Notes: generated from the letters alone by a model not told the origin. A stretch of DNA of 31,193 nucleotides from Ancylonema sp. (GCA_050230475.1 JBFLGF010000007.1:124001-155193); one strand, 5' to 3'. Shown: positions 1 through 11,524, counted from the stretch's first letter. Translations and numbers: made by a program.

Positions 1-47
1 ATGGTCAGCACATTTTAGTGCTAAATGTGGAACTTTGAAGAAGCTTC

Positions 48-517
48 TGTTAGAATGAATAATGTCGCAACATTGATTTGTCGACGGATTGTCGATTTGC
101 TGTTTGTTTTCATCGATATTACAATAAATTGTTGTAATGTCGATAAGTTGCTAAGTAATTTGGTGTGAGCAAATCAGATGTATGTGTGAATGTCGGTACC
201 AAGTTAGGGGTTTGGATTCGAAAACATCGAGAAATGGTGATGTTTTGAATAGAGCAAACTTATCTTTTAGAGTCTGCCGACGTGGATATCTAGTCACACA
301 TGTCATTCTATCGATAGGGTTGGGCACGATTGTGCCAGACATTGCTCGGAGTGTATGTAAGTCGGCTTTCGGCGAATACTCAATAATTCTGTCGCACCAA
401 AATTTCGGCTTTGCAAGTGTTCTTTGCTTTGCGTGTATTTGCATGGAGAAGTCTACTATCGTTGAGTTCTACCTGAACTTAGTCGATCCACTTCCAGAAA
501 ATGTCTGGAAGTCAACA
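48..517 (+). mobile_element. 5' LTR of Ty1/copia element A
   Basis: Starts TGTTAG (48) and ends TCAACA (517); immediately followed by a tRNA-Met PBS and gag. Confidence 0.75.
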
Positions 518-529
518 TGGTACCAGAGC
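518..529 (+). promoter_or_regulatory. Primer-binding site complementary to the tRNA-iMet 3' end
   Basis: TGGTACCAGAGC, one mismatch to the canonical plant TGGTATCAGAGC, directly after the LTR terminal CA. Confidence 0.85.
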
Positions 530-1088
530 GAGTGAAGGCGGCATTAGAGCCGGCCTGATTTTGAGGGAGGTCAACTGGGCCCCATGGTAAACAAGATGAA
601 AGCCGGTCTCCTAGTCAATGGAGTCGTGGACATTGTCGACGGGACGAGAGTGCGTCCGGGCCCACTACCTACCGCTATCATGGGCACATGTGGTGTGGTC
701 ACGAATCAGGCTGCGATCGACACGATGAAAAAGGTCGGAACAGATTGGGACCGAGAAGCTGCAAAGGCAGCTTGATTATGCAGAGTCTGAGTGACGACAT
801 ATACATGGTCATCGACTCGGTTAGCACGAATCCCAAAGGAATCTGGACCCGGCTAGTGGCTCGTTTTTGAGCGTATCATGGCCACCAAAGCGGATCGAGC
901 TGAGAAGGCTGTGCTCTCTTTCGAGCACAAGCGAGGTGAATCTGCCGATGAGACGATTACCCGGTGGGACATCATCGAAAAGAAGGCGAAGACGCAGGGG
1001 TGTGCTTTAAGTGCTGGTACTTTGCGACGTGCGCTTCTTGCAAGGTGCAATGATCAATACAGAGGCATTAAGCAGGCAATCAACAATT

Positions 1089-1130
1089 ACATTGGCCCCG
1101 CGACATTGGCCCCGTGACATTGGCCCCGTA
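1089..1130 (+). repeat. 3 x 14-bp tandem repeat ACATTGGCCCCG(CG/TG/TA)
   Basis: Directly visible. Removing two units (28 bp) rejoins ORF 878-1117 with ORF 1011-1436. Confidence 0.95.
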
Positions 1131-2308
1131 CCGGACATCGATTGGATCAAAGAGCGTTTGCGAGACGACGATTCGGAACTTCGCGCGCAGAAAGGCTCCA
1201 GTTCGGGTAATTCGGGTACATCTGGCAATGAAGCGTTGCAAGCGCAAATGGAGGCCTTGTGGCACCAGTACGGCGGCAAAGGTGGCAACGGTAGCGGACA
1301 GAGGTTCGATCGCAAGGAGAAGGGAAGGGCTGACGATGGCGGAGGTTACAAAGGCAAAAAGAACAAGACTTGTTACGGCAACACAAGTCACTTCGCAAAT
1401 CAATGCAAATTTAAGAAGCTGACGTGTCGCAATTGAAAGTTCAGATTGCTACGATGACAGAGAGCGAGCTCTGTCAGCCGATTCTGGTCTGGCGGGTGGT
1501 GCACGTGGGCGTCATTTTCCCTGGCGTTTTCGAGGGATTCGCAGCGCAACTCACTTTCAATCTGCTTCACCGACGGTTGGGGCATTCAGGGGTCGCCATG
1601 ATGGAGCAGATGGTGCGGGAGCGGATGGTGTCATGACGCTAGAGATCGCTAAGGCGAAACCCCTCTAGATTGATCAAAAACCCCTCTAAATTAATACTCT
1701 GCTATTACTACCTCATGATTTTTGGTGCATTTTTATGTTTTGCTCGCTTCTTTGCAAACTGTTTTCTTTTTATTTATATACAATTAGTTGAAGGAAATGA
1801 TTGTGTCTTTTTTATAATTATCGTATGCTTATCTCCGTTCCATACAATTTTCCTCATTCCTATTTCCGAATATAAATCCATGTGAAAATGTTGCGAGAAT
1901 ATGTTTTCACCCGTAATCTAATGGCACTTGACGTATGCTTCGACCTTGTATTTTCTATTTCAAATCGTGTTCTCAAAGATCTAACACTACTTTCATATTA
2001 TACTTTTGTCCTCTACCTTTCACAACCCTTGCTTCTACAAAGCCGGATGTTTGTGCCAGAGTGGAAGGTCGGGTGCTATTTTCGGTAAATGACATTGCAT
2101 CACGTGTTGCCATGGCGCGAAAGAAAGAAAATCAAAACTTGCAATGGCCGCGCCATATTTTCCCGATGAAATATTTCACAAATTTAGCGTCTGAAACTGA
2201 CGTGGAGTCACCAACATGAAAATGTACAACGATATATTTCCCCCGTGTACACTTTTTGCGAGGGAAATAATGTTACACTGGGGGAAGGAGGAAAGGCCTA
2301 AAAATCTC

Positions 2309-2386
2309 CCGGTTTGTCCGATTCCGAAACGGTTCCATCTCGGAACCGGTTCCAAAACAAAAAAAAAGCCGGTTTGTGCAACCATG
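2309..2386. mobile_element. Orphan terminus of a hAT-like non-autonomous element
   Basis: Clustered AACCG/CGGTT subterminal motifs ending in GTGCAACCATG (reverse complement CATGGTTGCAC, resembling other hAT TIRs in this window). No partner end found. Confidence 0.45.
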
Positions 2387-2670
2387 GTAAAGACTTATGT
2401 TTTGGATAATTCGTTTCGTTATATTTGTTGGCTTTCATTTTGTGAAGGGTTGCAACGACCTCAACTTTAATCACATTCTCAGAATTTTTACAAATCACAT
2501 AAAGAAATCATCTCCAAGTACGTTACACATAAAGAGAACGAGACTACAATTGGTATATTTTCCTATTCACAATGATACATAACTATCTTACTTCAAGCCT
2601 GAGCTTGGTCCACTTCCCTAGCCTGCCTATTGCTCAAATTCTCCGCCAATCTCTCCGACATCTTTTGTAC

Positions 2671-3481
2671 GATGGTGTGAAAGTCAAGATCGGTGGAGGT
2701 GACCGACTTGCTGTTAGGACCCTCGCTACAGTCACTAGGGTTCCCTAGCGAGGTCTCCCCACTTAGCGCTAGAGCGCTACTAGCTCAGTTTCCTCGATTG
2801 CGAGGTCTGTCCCTATAGAGCGGGAAGTGTGTCCCTAGCGGCCGCCGGGCCCCTAGGGAGTATTCTGGTGTGTCCCTAGTCTGGTTAGTTGTGCCTTTAG
2901 CTACATTTTGTTGTGTACTCAGCCGCCCTTGACTTATTTATCCCACATGTTTCCTAGAGTCGGCTAGGGCCGACTTTCCTATATCTAGCCGATAGATAGG
3001 AATGCCTATAGAGCATTCCTATCAACTCATGTACTTGCACATTGTGCCCCTACCATATCAAACCATTTTGACCCTCGGCTCATTTCCCTCTATCCTATCG
3101 ACTCATTCATTTTCACCATTTGTGTGTGCATTTGCAACCCCGATTGCTAGGAGCTCCATCATATTCCACTCCTAACACTTTCGGTGAACGAGTTGTTTGA
3201 GGATCCGATGGGACCGGCAAAGAAACTGATTGGTGACGAGAAAGTGAAGGTAGTTCGGGAATATTTTCCTGAACCGGTGAAGTCTGATGAGAGTTGGAGG
3301 GAGCCTAAGGGGCTCGATGAGTCGTTTCATGAGGAGAAAGGTGTCAAGCGCAAGTTCAAAGGTCAAGCGCAAGTTCAAAGTTACCGATGGAGGAACGAAT
3401 GTCGCTTCAGTGCCGGAGGGAGGAATGCAGGAGAAGGAGGGAGTGACATCCCAACTGAGAATATGTGAAATGCCAGAATGA
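2671..3481 (+). pseudogene. Charged ORF remnant just 5' of a polypurine tract (retrotransposon 3' ORF or pol tail), split by a solo LTR
   Basis: Removing the solo LTR plus one TSD restores DGVKVKIGGGDRLAVNELFEDPMG. Removing one copy of a 19-bp duplication (3343-3380) restores the frame to the stop at 3481. Confidence 0.5.
2712..3177. mobile_element. Solo LTR (466 bp)
   Basis: Perfect 8-bp inverted termini TGTTAGGA...TCCTAACA; 5-bp flanks CTTGC/CTTTC (4/5 TSD); excision restores the flanking ORF. Confidence 0.85.
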
Positions 3482-3529
3482 GAAGATCATCATCAATAAA
3501 ACATTGAGTGAATTGACGCACTTAATTCT

Positions 3530-3540
3530 GGGAGGGAGAA
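3530..3540 (+). promoter_or_regulatory. Polypurine tract (PPT)
   Basis: GGGAGGGAGAA immediately followed by TG(TGAG). Confidence 0.6.
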
Positions 3541-4193
3541 TGTGAGAAAGCAGAATCAGTGCTTTTATAATGAAATACAAAATGCTTCAATGCTTCAATG
3601 CTTTAATGCTTCAATGCTTCAATGCTTCAATTATTTGGTAGGTGTTGTTGTAAGAAACATTTGAGTGAAGAAATAAGTTGTTTTGGATTTGTGGTTAGGA
3701 AGATATCGATTTTACAAATATAGCGTTTTCTGTGATAATTAGGTGGGCGGATAATACGAGGTCGAAACTTTGAAGTGACCGATACGCGTCGTCTGTGGTC
3801 AGAATTGAGACATTCTTTGTGTGATGTGTTTCATTTATATAGATGCACGTGTTGACAGTGGCCGGTATATTTTGGACATGTGTAAGTTTTGGGTGGACAA
3901 CGTGTCGACGTTTGTAGTCACTAGTTGAGACATTGTGACACGTATTGACACGTAGGTGACAAGTGGATAGCATCATAGGATTGGGGCTGTCAAGTGCAGC
4001 ATAGCATCTTTGTGAGATTCGTGTGAGGTAGCAGAAACATGTTCTAAGGGACTTTGGAACCCAGACATTTCTTTAATGACTTTAAAAGATTATCTTGTCG
4101 AAGTATTCATGGCGTTTTGTTGTATGAGTTTCAGAATTTTACATATGAGTTCTTGACTTTTAATTAAGAAGAGTAGTGCAGTTCAACATGTCA
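3541..4193 (+). mobile_element. Putative LTR between a PPT and a PBS (copia element B)
   Basis: TG follows the PPT; ends TGTCA + GA + PBS. The terminal inverted repeats are weak, so it may be composite. Confidence 0.5.
3582..3629 (+). repeat. 6 x 8-bp tandem repeat ATGCTT(C/T)A
   Basis: Directly visible. Confidence 0.95.
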
Positions 4194-5233
4194 GATGGTA
4201 TCAGAGAAAGGGACAGTGATTCCTCTCGAAGTACCTATGGCAATGGCAAAAGTTTCAGTCCGTGGAGCACAAAGGTGTTCGCGGCACTAGATGAGGCGGA
4301 TGCTCTGCGTATTACGCAGCGAAAGGAGACTATTCCTGTTGAGGTGTTACCAGCCCATGATGCTCTTGGAAATGTCAATAACCAGGCGCAAATGGATGAG
4401 AACGTGGCTGATCTCAAAGATTTTGGAAAGCGCTTCAAGAGAGGTGTTTCAATTCTTACTCAGTCAATTGATGATTCTTTGGTACAACTTCTGAATTCGG
4501 TTCCTAGGCATCCAGCCGACATCTGGGAGAAGATCGAGCGAGACTTCAATAAGGGTGTCTCCCGGAATAACTCAGCAGATGAAGGAAGAGCTACGTGCTT
4601 TTCATATCGATCCGAACGAAGATGCGGTCCTCGTGCAGCATAGGCTCGAGTTGTTGGTTGATAAGTGTCGGCAGAAGAGTACTTTCCTACAGATGAGGAC
4701 GTCGCGATGACTCTGCTCGACGCACTTGATGAGAGTTATGAGTCACTTCGAAATACATACTGGGTAACGTCTCCTCTTCCGTCGATAGGTGGATCTACAC
4801 TCAGATTGATGACAAGACGCGGCGGGCGAAAAGGTCGGAGGGTGCTGCGCACAGTGCGGCACTTGCGGCTAAGTTTGCGAAAACATCTATCGAAGGTTAC
4901 TATGGTGGTGGTGCTGGTGGTGAAAGGAAGTTCGTTCCTCGTGGGGTGGAGGTTGCGGTGTTGCCGGAGGCGGCCGTGGCGGTGTTGGAGGTCGTGGTGG
5001 CGACGATGGCGGTGATTCTGAATCGTGCTATACAAGTGTGGCGCTAATGATCATTTTGCGAGGGATTGCCCTCACAAGAAAAACACGTGTAGTTACTGTT
5101 GTGGCGTGGCGTGGGCCATTTGGAGCTGGTATGTTTCGACAAGCGGGACGGGAAGCGAGGTCAGCGTGCGGTCGTTGGTGGGCCACCCGGAGTACATGCA
5201 TTTGGTGGTGAGGGTCGACGTGCGGAAGTCACT
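4188..5233 (+). pseudogene. Degenerate copia gag (element B), truncated after two zinc knuckles
   Basis: MSDGIRE...FSPWSTKVFAALD, PADIWEKIERDF, LLDALDESYESL, a Gly/Arg-rich linker, CYKCGANDHFARDC and a frameshifted second knuckle. Confidence 0.85.
4196..4206 (+). promoter_or_regulatory. Primer-binding site (tRNA-iMet 3' end)
   Basis: TGGTATCAGAG, 2 nt after CA, at the start of a copia gag. Confidence 0.75.
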
Positions 5234-6410
5234 TGTGTGACGGCAACTGCAAGGGTGACAATAAATCTGATCACGACATAATTCACAACGATACGTATGC
5301 AGCACAGGGCTGTCATTCACTTGCAATGAGCCAACACGCACAAGTAGCCAATACAAAGGAACTTACGTCTGATGAAACGACGCGAAGCTCGCAAGGAAAT
5401 CGAAAAGAATGTCGAAGGCGAAACGACACACTTGACATCGATTGTAAACGATTACAAAATACACGAATTCACATAGATTGCAAGTTGATGACGGTTGCAA
5501 AGAGTTGTTGTAATTTAGACAGCGTAAAGTGAAAGCGGAAACTCACCATTATGAAAAGGTTTTTGACCTTTAAACAATTGACGCGGCTTTTCGCACGCGG
5601 AATATTCTAGATCTTATCTTGATCTATGGCTGAAAACATATATCGACTAAACAAAAAATATCGAGTGTTTATTCTACAGTCTTATCTTATGCACGTGTGT
5701 GTCCTTATATCGAATATTTCTTTACAAAGGGGGTCCTTATCGAGGGAGCATTGTAACTACAGTAAAACTTCTTTAAAAGAATAATGTATAAAAGAATAAC
5801 CTCTCTAAAAGAATATAAAATGCCCCCCAACGTCGGGGGGGGCATTTTTTATTCTTTTAGAGAGGTTATTTTTTTATAAGTGTAATTATTCCAAAACCTG
5901 CATAACTGTCTAAAAGAATCCTATTTTGCCCCCCCGCGATACGTATAAAAGAATAGTGTACGAAATCCGTACATTCTAGTACGGCAAGTGATACGTCTGT
6001 ACAAAATGAGTGTCTCCAAGATTGTGGGAAGTGAACATGAAACGTTTGACAGGACAAAATTGTTGCCGGAAAATATTTGGTGATGGTGCGAGTGCCTACC
6101 ACGTGCATATATTACCTTCCAAGTTGTGGGAAGTTCATGTGAATTCGCTACACGACAATTAAGGGCGTTGCGACCGATATGTCGGGTAGTATAAGGTAGA
6201 CAACACGTTTTAACAGATTCTGAACTGGATATTGGCTTGTTTTCCGTCGTAGGCACACGGGAACGGGTTTTAGGACGTTTGGAACCATAAATGTCTAAAT
6301 ATATAACCTGTCTAAAAGAATCTATTTTCTCCTCCCCAACAATATTCTTTTAGACAGGTTTTAATGTACCCTAATAGTGACAGCCCTAACATTCAATGCA
6401 GTGACACACA
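5234..6410. mobile_element. LTR-like segment truncating gag B and hosting a MITE
   Basis: Abrupt switch from gag at TGTGTGAC; possible ends CCCTAACA (6391) or CACACA (6410). No TSD confirmed. Confidence 0.3.
5760..6366. mobile_element. pogo/Lemi1-type (Emigrant-like) Tc1/mariner MITE, 607 bp
   Basis: TA flanks at 5758-59 and 6367-68. 24-bp TIRs CAGTAAAACTTCTTTAAAAGAATA and (rc) CATTAAAACCTGTCTAAAAGAATA resemble the Arabidopsis Emigrant TIR as I recall it. Confidence 0.85.
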
Positions 6411-7814
6411 ACCCCACCGTCCATAAAGGTGTCACTCAACCCCGAAATAGACTCGTGCTCCCGGAGAAGTAGAAATGTTCCCGGTCAACTCAATCCCCAG
6501 TTGCGGTTTCCATATTTTTGTAATTTTTAATGGGTACCCATTATTTTCCCATTTAGTCGTGTCTTCGCGGACAATTAAAAAATTAAGAACTCCGGGGTGT
6601 CCATCTAATTGACGTCATCTTTCCGGTGTGACGACAGCGTAATGGACAACCATTATCACGTTGCAGGGGAACCTCGTCATTATTAGCGATGATTCATGTC
6701 AGGTCGTTCTCCTCGGCCAGATGTTAGGCGGAGTTCCTCTCACTACGGGCCATGAGTTCACGATTTACCCGCTCTTCACTAATCCTTTTCTGCTTTGACA
6801 GCGGAAAGGTGGGTTTGAATACCCTTTCTAGCAGGTTTCAGAATTGATTTTGATTCATCAAATTTGAACCTCTAAAAAAATATACAGTTCCGGAAATTGA
6901 TAATGACCCCAGAAGTCGCGCGATTGCCGAAAGAAGCTAGAAAAATAATAAATTGCGGTTTTTTTTTTCTCGAGAGGGTAGCCATTGTCCAAGCAATCGA
7001 TTCCTGAAAATTTTAGAATAAATGGCGTAGAATCCACTTGATGCGGACAAATCGTGTCAGGTGCCCTGACTAACGAGGAGAAGTGGCGTAGCGTGGTCCT
7101 TTCTCTGGCATGCCCTCTGCTTCAAATTTGTGCGAGGCGCGCTGCACGTGTGAACATTCCATTAAGGCTGGTCTTAACGATTTCTTAATACCCCCCAAGG
7201 TATTAAGGAATTGAGAAAATTACTAGAGCCCGCATCATGCGGATAAAGTTTGCCCATTATCTCCACAACGCGACAAAAAACTAGGGTGTATTTATGGAAA
7301 CCGTTTGCTTCAGACCCCCAATTTTCGAATTATGGAAACCGCGCAGGATTTCTATAATGGCTAGCCTGTATAGAATCTGCAAAAAGAATACTTGGCTCTC
7401 ATTGGTCCGCGTCTCGAAATCATGAAAAGCATTTTCCGCTCGATAAATGCCGACAATTACGGCTAATGCCCAACCTTTACTACCAGCAGTAATCATGACA
7501 TAAAGGCTAGCCTTCACGATATTTCCAAACTATGGAAACCACAAGTAGTGTATGGCTGGGGAATCTTGAAAAGTATAGCGATTTAAGATCCTTGATGAAC
7601 GTATTTAACTTCAGGTTATTAACCTTTAGGATTTCCGGATCCTTAGAAACCCTTCAAATGTGGTATCGTTTTTACGCAAAAAATGCCACGTAACCACTTA
7701 CAATGATCCCTTGATACAAGAACCCTCCTTATGTGGACTTTAAAATAATTTAAAAAAAAAAAAAAAAAAATGTATATTAAAAATATAAAGATATAAAGAT
7801 ATAAAAATTATTTG

Positions 7815-10800
7815 TGGTAAAAACCTCGTTATAGTCGACACCCTCTTGCTGCAGAAATCCCTGAGCTACCAGTCTGACCCTATGCTTCTCAATCTCACCA
7901 GAAGGCAAGAGTTTGAGTTTGAAAACGTACTTACAACCAACAGGCCGTTTTCCGGGCGGAAGCACACACACTTGGAAGGACTGGAAGTCTTCCAGCGACT
8001 GCGGTTCAGTCTGAATCACGTCCTCCCACTGCTGCCAGTCGGGTCTTTTCTTTGCTTGGTTAAGGGTGAGTGGGTCAGAAGAGTTAGCCGTCTGGCTAGC
8101 AAGAACGTAACATGGATCAATTGGCCCATTAAAACCCGTGAAAAAGCAGGAAGGCTCAAAGTCGTCAACAGGCATCTGCCCACATGCAATAGCGTCAATG
8201 ACATCCTCATCTAACTCTTCCCCATCACATCAACACACATCCCCAAACTCAGCAAAGTTCACCCGTCGCCTCGCCATCACGCGATCCGCGATGCTCTGCT
8301 CCTCCACCCCCGCTTCAGCATCCCCTCCTTCACCACCCCCTCCTTGCACCTCTTACTCCTCCTCCTCATCCCCACCCCCCATATCATTGACCCTTGACTC
8401 CGAGAGCTCGATGACTTCTGGCTGGTGTGGCTGGATGGCTGGTACATGGGCTGCACGGATTGTTGGGACACGGCCTGGTGTTCTGGCTGCTGCTGCTGGG
8501 TCGTCATCTTTCCCACACGGGAAGAGTTTGAAAAACTGCTCATCTGAGGGAGGGGAAAGTGGCTGCGCTGCTGCCTTGTGCCCCATCAATCGGGGGTAGC
8601 CTGGCACGGAGTCGTAGAAACGCACGTCTGTCCTCACGATGAGACACCAACTCGCAGGGGATCGAAAATCCTGTACCCTGCCTGCCCAAATGCCATCCCC
8701 AGAAACACCCCAAAAGCTGTCCTAGATGCAAACTTAGCACTCTTAGGATCTTATCGTGACCAACCCTTCAAATACTGGACCAGGCACCCGAATGTGTGGT
8801 TGTCCTGATACTGATACCTGACCTTCTTCCTCGACCAAACCTCAATCGGTTTCTCACCCCCCAATGATGTTGTTGGTGACCTAGTCCTGAGCTAGTTTGC
8901 ATGCAACACAGCAACATCCCAATAAGACTTAGGCACTCAACTCCACAGCAGCAGGCATCTCATCTTCTCTAGCAAGGTCAGCCGTTCACAAATCCCATTC
9001 TGTTCAAGACTGTACGGACCTGTCAACTCATGCTTAAACCCTTTTCCTCTTAACAAACTTAGTCCACTCATGTGAGTCATACTCCCCTCCCATGTCAGTC
9101 CTGATGGACCTAAGTGGTAAATCAAACTCGCCCTCTAGCATCTGAACCAAATCCTTGGTAACTTCCAGTGCCTCACTCTTTTTCTTCAGCAAACTCACGA
9201 AGGACACTCTCGTGCTGACCTCTCTCCCTGACTGGAAATACTGGTACCCCCCTTTTGCTGACACTACAACCAAAGGCCCTACCAGATCCAAGTGGATTCT
9301 CCCCATCTTTTGTGCATGACCTAGATCCTCATCACTGTCCGGCCTAGACCGGTGTGGCAGCTGAGTCATCTTGCCCTGGCAACAGATCTGACAGTTCTTA
9401 ACGTGCTCGACCTCCTCTACAGTCAGTCTCGGATATCGCCACTTCTAGACATGTATGACATAGCATGAAGACCAGGATGACCCAGTCTGGTGTGCCAGAG
9501 CATGCCAGTAGACGTGGTCAGTGCCACCAATGGCTTTGAAGCTGTAGGTGGGAGATGAACGACATGCGCAGAACGCAGGAGTAACCCTAAACTGGTTTTC
9601 ATAACATCTGCCCACTTTTCACCCCCCAAAGACAGAGATGGCACCCCACTCTCACTGAGATTGAAGCCGATTTGAGCACCCTTGTTGAGCTTGTTGACGG
9701 AGACGAGGGTCTGGCCCAGCGATGGCACATGCAGCGACCGCAACCCAAAGTAGAATTTCCTGTCTCCGCAGGTCACCTGGATCGCGACGATCCCAATTCC
9801 CATAACCTGATGGGGTCTGTTGTCAGCCGTTCTGACGAAGCTGCAGCTGAGGGGGACATTGGAGTCGTAAGAATGGAACTGGTCGCGTCGAGGGAAGACG
9901 TGGTCCGTGGCCCCTGTGTCGAGGATCAGATACTGCCCCTCCTGCGATGCCGACAGCACCTGACTGCTGCTCGGGAATACTGTCATCCCAAAATGCCCCT
10001 CTCCTACCCCTCCTCCGAAGTCGAGTGCAGCTTTTCCTAAGTTTTGCACCCCTGTCAAATTCGCCCATCTGACTTGGTTAGCAGCATCCTGCCTCATCAC
10101 GGTGCAGGTTTCATGCTCATGCCCGGGTCGCTTGCAGTAGGTACACGACGGGGCATTCTGCTGCTGCTTGTCCTCTTTGCTGCCGATTCTTCCCGTACTG
10201 CTGGCCTCCGCCACGCCCTCCACTGAACTGTTGCTGCCCTCCTTGATGTCGTCCCTGCCCTCCTGACTACTGGCCATCGTGCCGCAGTGGTCGTCGGCAG
10301 TCTCGCATATGGTGGCCTGGCTCGCTGCAGTTGTGACATTTCTTCTGGAGTCCAGCTCCTCGAGCCTGGCCACCTCCCCCTCCGTTCGGACAGCTAGTGC
10401 GATAGTGGCCGAACTGTTGGCAACCGTGGCAACGCGCGTTGCTCAAATCTGGCCCTTGCTGGGGCCTGCCGCTAGGTCCGGCTCCGCCAGATCCGCCGTA
10501 GTGCGCTTGCGGACCACCGAGAGGCTCGCCACGCTTCCGCGCGTTGACGATGAGCTTGGTGTCTTTTCGCTGCAAAGCCGAGGCGATGTGGGGGATCGTG
10601 TAGAGGTTCGGGGAAGACTCTGCCTAGCTCTGAACGACCTCCACCATGGAGTCGTAGCGGGAGCTGAGGCAGTTGATCAAATTTGTCGCCTGGTCGGCTT
10701 CGGTGACTGGCTTCCCCAGGTGCGCGAGCTCTCCATGGATGACGTGCAGGCGTTTGACAAACTCTTGTAAGTCTTCGGCCTCTCCCATTCCATTACCGTA

Positions 10801-11236
10801 GCACTCAGTTTAGCCACGGCATTAGCTATTTCAATAGCGCCCTGAACTTCATAAAAGGATGCAAGGTTGTTCCACAGTTCAAATGCGTAATCACAATCCC
10901 TAACATGAACGTGCTCTGACGAACCTAAGAACCTAACAATGTAGGCTTGCGCCTTTAAATCCTGCGCATCCCAAGCATCAACAAGCAAATTTATAGCATC
11001 GACATTCTGCTGGTGTGTATTAGCAGCACCTCTTCGAGCTCCAGCATCACCAAGCAATGAATCGACTGCTACGTGTGTCAGCGGCTCGATAACATCCGGG
11101 CGAGGTATTCTCGTCCTCCCCTTGAAGTCGACGACATATCGATGCAGCTCTTTTTCGATCAGGCCGAACCTGACTTAATGGCCCATCCCTGATATGCTGC
11201 CCCGGTGAACTGGGGAATATTGTTCTTATCCGCCAT
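7815..11236 (-). pseudogene. copia gag-pol with stops and frameshifts
   Basis: MADKNNIPQFTG start; three CCHC knuckles; protease ILDTGATDH; WHTRLGH; integrase IHLDLVGP, IRTDMGGEY, EQNGICER; RT PVGCKYVFKLK...RLVAQGFLQQEGVDYNEVF. Confidence 0.92.
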
Positions 11237-11510
11237 CTGCACCAGGGTTAATACACAAATTCCAACACAAAGACGCAGCAGCTAGCAGCTCTAGCAAAAC
11301 TTTGGCGGCAATTTGCAACACGAAGCTCACAGCTTACAATGCTGAAAATAATAGCAGAACGTAATTCAAAAATTACGAGCCTAGCAATTCCGGATCTAAT
11401 TTGCCCTAACAATTAGGCACCAATTTACAGTGATTTCTAAAGAAACTTTGCCTGCGCGTGAAAACGTGGAAATCTATAGGATCCGACCGCTCAGATGTCC
11501 TAGACTATTT

Positions 11511-11524
11511 GTGGGCCCATAACC
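11511..11524 (-). promoter_or_regulatory. Half-molecule tRNA-iMet primer-binding site
   Basis: Minus strand reads GGTTATGGGCCCAC. The plus-strand GTGGGCCCATAACC matches the anticodon arm of plant initiator tRNA-Met. Confidence 0.85.

Larger units (their letters stand above)
501..1636 (+). pseudogene. Degenerate copia gag-pol remnant (gag, decayed CCHC knuckle, GAG-pre-integrase motif), internally deleted and truncated
   Basis: ATG501 gives MSGSQHGTRASEGGIRAGLILREVNWAPW; later IWTRLVARF, knuckle remnant CYGNTSHFANQC and LLHRRLGH. Several stops and frameshifts. Confidence 0.8.

Noticed and set aside
11511..11524. tRNA-iMet gene
   Set aside because: Only 14 nt match, with no cloverleaf flanks; its position at an LTR boundary identifies it as a PBS.
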